Source of the DNA: the human T2T-CHM13v2.0 reference genome, Homo sapiens
NCBI RefSeq assembly: GCF_009914755.1
Contig: NC_060938.1
Length of the DNA stretch: 64,000 nucleotides
Strand: one strand, 5' to 3'
The translations under genes were made by a program, and so were the position numbers. The notes below the pieces were generated by a model. The model was not told where the DNA came from. It ran no database searches and saw nothing but the letters and a program-made list of their open reading frames with translations. How positions within the stretch are numbered: position 1 is the first letter of the stretch; every line of letters starts with the position of its first letter. This document shows positions 57,086 through 64,000 of the stretch, piece after piece.

Positions 57086-58269
57086 TAATGGAATGAGGTT
57101 TTTAAAACTTAAGGATTTATGTAAATATTCACATATAAAATTCTGTATTATTTCTTATGGAGAATTTTTTTCCTTAATACCTTTGGTAAGGGATGCAGGA
57201 GTGATTGAGTTTCTTAAAAACTAAAATCGTTCTTCTTCAAATACATACAAAATATACAGTTCTCAGAGCCACATCAGTTATTAGCTCTTTTATTACATGT
57301 GTATAATAGGGAAGCTTCTACTTTGTTATATACTCATAGTTTGAAAACAATATGTATAAGTTGAGCTGTTGAGGAATTTTCCTTTGAGATTTTTTTTTAC
57401 TCAATAATAATTCCTCACGTTTGTGTCATGCCTTGAATTCTCCAAAGTGCTTTCATGTCTATTATCTAGTGAACTCTGAGAGTTCTGCTGTGCAAAGACG
57501 TCTATTATCTACTGTTTACAGTTTTTTTTTTAATCAATTTTACTTTGTTGCGGCTTTTGGGCTTGGAATGAAATAATAAACAATATATGCAAAATCCTCT
57601 ACTTGCGAGCCAAGAGAGACTTTGTAGTCAAGCCTGCATAAGGATGAAAGGAAATTAGTGTAACATCTCATCAGTTATAATTTACTTAATCTTCTGTAGT
57701 ATGGGAATATTTGGCATTTATACACACACACACTACACACACGTGTATAAGGATTTTAAATCCATAATTACAACTCAGTATTTTCCATGGGCTCAAAACC
57801 CACCTATAAATTTCCCGAACCATTTGGAAAGGGTTGTATTAATAGTAAGATTAAGAAACATGGCAACACATGAATTAGGAAGGGTTTGGGGCTGAAACAT
57901 TCCAAGAGATCACTCATAATTGATGCCCCATCCTTTTTATCATTCTTTAATTTTTGTTAACGTGCCCAGACATGCACTAGACACAGTTATCTTCAAAACA
58001 TTCTGTAGTAGAATAGCTTGGTGTCTGTTAACCGAAGACATGATACAAGCATCATATTTAATATCAACTTTTGCTGTTCACCCATAAAATACAGAACATT
58101 GAAGCACTCTTTTTAAACACAGCAAAAATCTGCCCCATGATTAGAAAGGAGTACAGAGGTTGACACTCCACTCTGTACTCCAGAGGTGTGCTCTGGAGTA
58201 GTACAAACGGGTTTACAAACTGCTAGAGTTAAGGAAGCTGCATGATCTGTCTTCCGATTTAGTTTCCTG

Positions 58270-58463
58270 CAGTGGTGGACTGGAGTCTATTTTACCTGAT
58301 CCAAAGAGCTGATGTTAAATATGCAAGAATTTTGCAAACTAGTATTTAAACTGTCAGTTGCTTGAAATCAGCCAGGGTGGGAGTATTTACACCACAAAAA
58401 TGAGTCAACTGTCAATCTGGCTTCCCTCTCATCCCCCAGAGCCATTTTACCAGCACACCACTG
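58270..58463. mobile_element. MER63A-like hAT MITE flanked by MIR-like sequence (~58240-58575)
   Basis: TIRs CAGTGGTG..CTGG / CCAGCACACCACTG; internal GGTGGGAGTATTTACACCAC; MIR-like AGGATAAAATGAG..ATGTAAAGCGCTT follows. Confidence 0.8.
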
Positions 58464-58974
58464 CCTCCCGGGTAAGTTTAAGGATAAAATGAGTTAGTTT
58501 ATGTAAAGCGCTTTTCATAGAGCTCCCCATAGACAAAGCATTCAGTAAATGCTAGCTACCATTATTGTTATTATTATTTGCCATTGAAAATAAATGCAGC
58601 CAACTCTCAACTGTTTATCAAATTGATAAATCATCTATGTCCTATGTTTGTTTGCTTTTGTCCCTATTTGACAATTTTACTAGCAGCATACAAGGGAATA
58701 TGTTCGGGCATAGGAAAAAAAAGCAGTGAAATCCTAATCAATCCATGGTAGTGCTTATTATTATAGCATTGTGATCTTGACAAAATATTTGCTGAGAGAG
58801 AAAGAATTAAAGTTGAAAAAAATGAAAATGGGATTATATCTAAATTTAAAATATTCACTCTATTTTTGTCTTCCTTAAAACAGCTCATCGAAATTCCATT
58901 ATAAATAGAAAATGATAAAATAATAATTTTGAACAATTGTAGAAAAATATGACAAGTCTGGATTTCAGTGATAA

Positions 58975-59515
58975 ATCATAGAATTCCTGACACACATTAT
59001 CTTAGGCCAAAAAGGGAATTATTGGTTCTTGTAAATCTCAAAGGTAAAAATCAAAGGATAGGTCTGTGTTTGAACACACCTTGATGCAGGATCACATTAG
59101 GCCATGAGTGCTCAGTTTCTCTGGCTTCTATTAGATTATTGCTATTTCCAGTCTCCACGTGGCAGCCTCAGCAGCTCCAAACTCTGCCTTTAAAGTGGAA
59201 TGCTCTTCCCAAAATCATGTCTCTCAGGAAAGAGAAACTCTTTTTTTTTTTTTTTTTTAAATAGTTCCTGTAAAATTCCTGAAGTTTATTTTGATTGATC
59301 TGGCTTTGGCCACACATCTGATGCCAGTTTGGGAGAATATCTAATGGGGTAAAGGTAATTTATTTAAAAAAAAAAACTGTAAGAGTATATCTAACAGGGT
59401 AAAGGTAATTTGTTCCCCCTCCCCATCAAAAAAAAAAAAAAAAAAAAAAACCTGTGGTGTTATTACACTAAGATAAAATGGATGTCATGCAACCAAAATA
59501 CAATTGTCTACTCCA
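58975..59515 (-). mobile_element. Old MaLR LTR relic (MLT1K/L-like)
   Basis: AAAAAGGGAATTATTGGTTCTTGTAA..; TGATTGATCTGGCTTTGGCCACA; AATGGATG..ATTGTCTACT. Confidence 0.55.
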
Positions 59516-61661
59516 AATTATCTTCATTGTAATTGAATTCATGTTGATGGCAACTCATGTATACATGTAGAGCTAGCACACTGCTTTCTCTTGGAACACA
59601 GTTCTGATAATAACCTTCTCAGATCAAGTTTCAGCCCAGGGCACTTCTGAAGCCATTAAAGACCCTAGTCATAAAGAGGCAAAAATAGAGATAGTATCAC
59701 TACAGGAACTAATTTGAGAAACCCGGGTAAAAGAGTGTTTTAAAAAGCAAATGCTAGCCAAAAAATAATTTATAACACCTCCTGCCAGGCAAAGTTCAAG
59801 TTTCAGCTAATAGGAGAATATTCCTGGTATGATCTCGGTGCCTTCCTTAACCAAGAATTAGAGCCGCATGGTACAATGACCTTAGAAATTTTGAAAGCAG
59901 TAGCACCAGGAAAAGTGAGAGGTCAAAACTCTGTGTGTTCTGTAATGGACACAAACCTGTTGGCATTTAAAAATTCCACAGTGTTTTGCTGTCAAATTTG
60001 TTTTAGAATTTCATTTCAGGAAAGTAAGTTCTAACTCTAATGTTATGGAGAAGTTTAAATATTTATACCAGAAAAAATAAAAAGCACAAAACCCTCTACC
60101 CTAGAGTCTCAACCATTGACAAGTTACATAATTCTAACGAGTGTAAAGTATCAAGCTCTGTACATCTTGCTCTCTGCTGGGAAGGTGATGCTTCTGTTTC
60201 TCTTGGCTGTAAGTTTGTTTGGCCTGAGCTGGATGTCAGCCTGATTCCTAACCCTCCTCATGGAGTCACAGGCTGTAACGCATGAGTCACAGAGGTTAAA
60301 ATGCAGCCTTTTCTGGTTTATATTGTATGTGGATTCTGTAATAGTCTTGGAATAGTGTTCTATGATTCATATCCTAGTCTGGTATGCCTTAGCCAAATGC
60401 ATCTCCTGGTCTGGTGATGTATATTGAGAGCCCTACGACGTTTATTGAGTATGGAGTGATTTAAGGAAACCATTTTTCTATCCCCTGGGAACTTTCTTTC
60501 TTATAATATCCCACCCAAATGTGATTTGTTTAAAACATTGTGATGCTCACCTTTATCTTCACCATTAAATATGTCATACTAAATAATCTTGTGGCCATAC
60601 CAAGGAAACACCAAATATAAGAAGAGCATTTATTTTACAAAAAAGAGGAGACACATCTGTAAGTATTTTGGAGGGTGAGCATATTTCCCGAAGATCTTGA
60701 GATTGGATGTTGGCACCCTGTGTGGCCCTGAAAAAAAAAAAAAAAACTATCTTGGGTCTTTTGTAATTGAACTAGAAACTGTACCAACCCAGAGTTTATA
60801 AACAGTATCATATAACATTCATTTTGAAATATACAGAAATGTTAATGAGGTGATGGATGTGAAATCAGCTTTTACTAAGAAATACAATGTGTGCCCGCAT
60901 CAAGCAGTGGGAATAATTACCAATTTATTTTCTCCTATGAAAAAATGATACTCAGACATTAGTGGGATCTTGGAAAGGGATCTGCGTTATTTGTGGAAGT
61001 ATCACTAAGGCTAAACAACTGTGGCACCAAAGGACAGGCAGCATAATTTTCTAAAATATAGAAAAATTTAAAAGAGGCATTGCCAGAAAATAAATGAGAA
61101 TGTTCATTCTCGCTAAGTTCTATGAGTAATGTAAACATATCTGGCATTTGTCCCCACTTTCTTCCTGGGACCTTTAAAATGAAAGTTTAGTGATTTATTC
61201 TTAATCGCCCACAAGCTGTTAGGTACCCTGTGGCTTGTAGCCATCAGAATTAATTGCAGGTGGCTTTGCGGGTCTGCAGCATGCAGTAAACATGATCATG
61301 ATGGATTCCTAACACAACCTGGCTGGCTTAGGGTAATTAGCTCTGGATCCCTTCTTCTTGTTCTGAAGTATGTTTAATTCTCCGTGGATTTCTGAAGCAA
61401 TATTTTGTCTTTCTTGAAAGAAAATTGAAGAAAGTCTGTGAAATAGAAAAATAATTGGACTAAACTCTCAATTTTTTGGAAGGGGAAATGTGGGGGAAAC
61501 GGGGAGATAAGTTAAAGGCTGAAGCACTTCTGTGAAACTGTTTCTCTAAAGCAGAAAAAGAAGAGTGAATTTAGTGATGGTATATTTACCCTGGAATTTA
61601 AGAGGAATAACTCTTTCTGGTGTTCAGAAGTCCATACTTACTGATGTACTGTAAAACCTTG

Positions 61662-61815
61662 CCCTTCTAAGTGTGGTCCTGGGACCAGCAACGTCAGCAT
61701 CACCTGGGAGCTAATTAGAGATGGAAAATCTTGGCCACTCCAGACCTGAATCAGAATCTGCATTTTAACCTGGACCAAGGCGATTGGCATTCTTATCAAC
61801 ATTTGAGAACCATTG
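61662..61815. mobile_element. MER5A
   Basis: AAGTGTGGTCCTGGGACCAGCAACGTCAGCATCACCTGGGAGCT..TGAATCAGAATCTGCATTTTAAC..TTTGAGAACCATTG. Confidence 0.9.
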
Positions 61816-61944
61816 ATGTAATCCATGGTTAGAATATTTGATTTACTTAGAGAGCTTATCATTCTGTCTAGAAGGCATTTATATTCCAGTTATGATTGCC
61901 AGAAAGTCCCAGAAAGAAGCAGGTGCAATGCTGTTCCCTGGGAG

Positions 61945-62090
61945 ACCACGCTGTGAGGGCAGCAGCCATGCCTCTCTGGTCTTTGGATTCCCAGCACCTA
62001 GCTCAGTGTATGAAATGTTAAGGTGGATGAATGGATAGGTGAATGGATGGATAGATGGATGGAGGGATGGATGGATGAATGAGTGGATGA
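61945..62090 (+). mobile_element. L2 3' end with (TGGA/TGAA)n tail
   Basis: GCTGTGAGGGCAGCAGCCATG..CCCAGCACCTAGCTCAGTG..TGGATGAATGGAT repeats. Confidence 0.7.
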
Positions 62091-62425
62091 AAAGCGTGGT
62101 AAACCCCTGAAAAAACGAAAGATGAAGTGAATATTTTTAAAAAATCAATTACAAGCAGATTTTTTGTGTTATTCCATAGTATAGGCTAGCTTAATATCAC
62201 AATCACAGTAGATTACATGGCAGGCTAACAAAGTCTTATTTTGAAAATTGGACAGTTGTAGGCCTCCAACAGCCTGTGGAGCGAGGTTTGGTTTGTGGAA
62301 GGGTGTTATTCCAGCAGAGAAGAATACCTTCCCTTCCCCGAACTCATCTGCTGCTGCATTAGTGCCCTCTATTGCTATGTTCCTTTTTTCTAGCTAGGCC
62401 CTATTTCCACAGCTGGAGTATAAAC

Positions 62426-62740
<315 letters not shown>

Positions 62741-63085
62741 AGCTGGAGTATAAACCTTTTAAAGGCAGGACTCTGCCTGCAACATTGACTCCCCTGCCCC
62801 CAGCACATGTCCGCTAACCTAAACCAATGGCTTTTTAATTTTTGCATATTTTTAAATAGTGCCTGTCCTTTGGTGCCACAGTTGTATAGCCTTAATGATA
62901 CTTCTGCAAATAATGGGGATCCCTTTCTTTCTAAGATCCCGGTAATGCTGCTCATGCCACATTGGCTAATGCTGAGAGCTTATGACAACATGAAGAAATT
63001 CACTCCAGGGAGTAACAATCTGTGTCCTCTTTTCTCATCCCTAAATCCACCATTTCTTTTGGAAATAGGAATGATGTCTTTTTAT

Positions 63086-63211
63086 TTTTTTAATTTTTTG
63101 TTTAAACAATTACTGGTCTGTTGTCCAGGCTGGAGTACTGGGGTGCAATCATGGCTCACTGCAGCCTTGGCCTCCCTGGGCTCAAGTGATTCTCCCACCT
63201 CAGCCTCCCAA
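63086..63211 (-). mobile_element. 5'-truncated AluJ right arm / FRAM with TSD
   Basis: CCAGGCTGGAGTAC..CAATCATGGCTCACTGCAGCCTTG..CACCTCAGCCTCCC; TSD ATGTCTTTTTAT at 63074-63085 and 63212-63223. Confidence 0.88.
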
Positions 63212-63494
63212 ATGTCTTTTTATCATTGGCTCATTTTATTGCATTCAATGAATTGTTGGAAATTAGAGCCAGCCAAAAATTGTATAAATATTGGGCTGTG
63301 TCTGCTTCTCTGACACTAGATGAAGATGGCATTTGTGCCTGTGTGTCTGTGGGGTCCTCAGGAAGCTCTTCTCCTTGAGAGGCCTTGCCAGTGCCAGCCT
63401 CATCAGAGGGCAGCTTGGGAGGAGACCCCCCCCCCCCATGCTTATAGCTTGAATGGATTCCTGAGATGATGTTTCATGGTGCAGAGGCAGAAGA

Positions 63495-63730
63495 AGGGCG
63501 GGATAGTGAGTGGAAGAAGCATTGGCCATGAAATCAGAAAACCTTGATTTGAACTGTAACTCTCCTACTCACTACTTGTGTGATCTTGGCAATTTTCATC
63601 ATGTCTGTGAAATACATTGTACAGTGCGTGACAGGGAGTCAGCATTCACCATTTGCTAGTTTCCCTTGCCTCTCTGAGCCTGTTTCCTCATTATGATGCA
63701 TAAAAATATCACATACTTTAGCACTTGTCA
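63495..63730 (+). mobile_element. MIR relic(s)
   Basis: AGTGGAAGAAGCATTGG..AATCAGAAA..ACTCACTACTTGTGTGATCTTGGCAA; CTCTCTGAGCCTGTTTCCTCAT. Confidence 0.7.
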
Positions 63731-64000
63731 CATAAAACGTGCATAATGAATGCTTTTGATTCCCTCCCCGTTTGCTGGTCCCGGGTACCACCCACACTGT
63801 TTGGCACTCCCTGTTTCTCTGTGTTGGATCTTCTTAAAGTGTTCTATTGGATGACCTTCACTTGTCCCTTGATGCCATGGTCAGAAATCATGGTCTATCT
63901 GCCAAGTGGACTTTCTTCCATCCAGTAGTTTCTGTCCATCCCTGACCACCCACTAGATCCTCCATTTACCCAGCACATGTTTCAAGATCCAGGATCTCCC

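Noticed and set aside
62807-63313. Longest ORF (168 aa) sharing a peptide with ORF 60959-61147
   Set aside because: The shared peptide is only the DNA inverted repeat read on opposite strands, and the ORF runs on into an Alu fragment.

Overview
Primate (most likely human/hominoid) nuclear DNA that reads as non-coding, intronic or intergenic. I could not recognise any protein-coding exon or name the locus. Every ORF in the track is either derived from a transposable element (Alu; L1 ORF2; MaLR internal ORF) or is a chance short frame. A large part of the window is interspersed repeat: about 13 Alu/FLAM copies, L1PA and L1M fragments (one 3.3 kb L1PA with a large internal deletion), MaLR/ERV LTR elements (two keep internal sequence), MIR and L2 relics, hAT DNA transposons (MER5, MER33, MER63), and one degenerate U6 snRNA retrocopy. 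Subfamily names are recognised by eye from recalled consensus motifs, and boundaries of old elements are approximate. The most notable structure not explained by repeats is a ~125 bp inverted repeat pair (60957-61081 and 62826-62947). Its mismatches are mostly G-U compatible only if the + strand is transcribed, making it a candidate long-range RNA duplex looping out ~1.75 kb. Also notable are a ~110 bp spaced direct duplication with an invariant hairpin core (20130/20593), a site hit by three successive retrotransposon insertions, and several templated-insertion scars.
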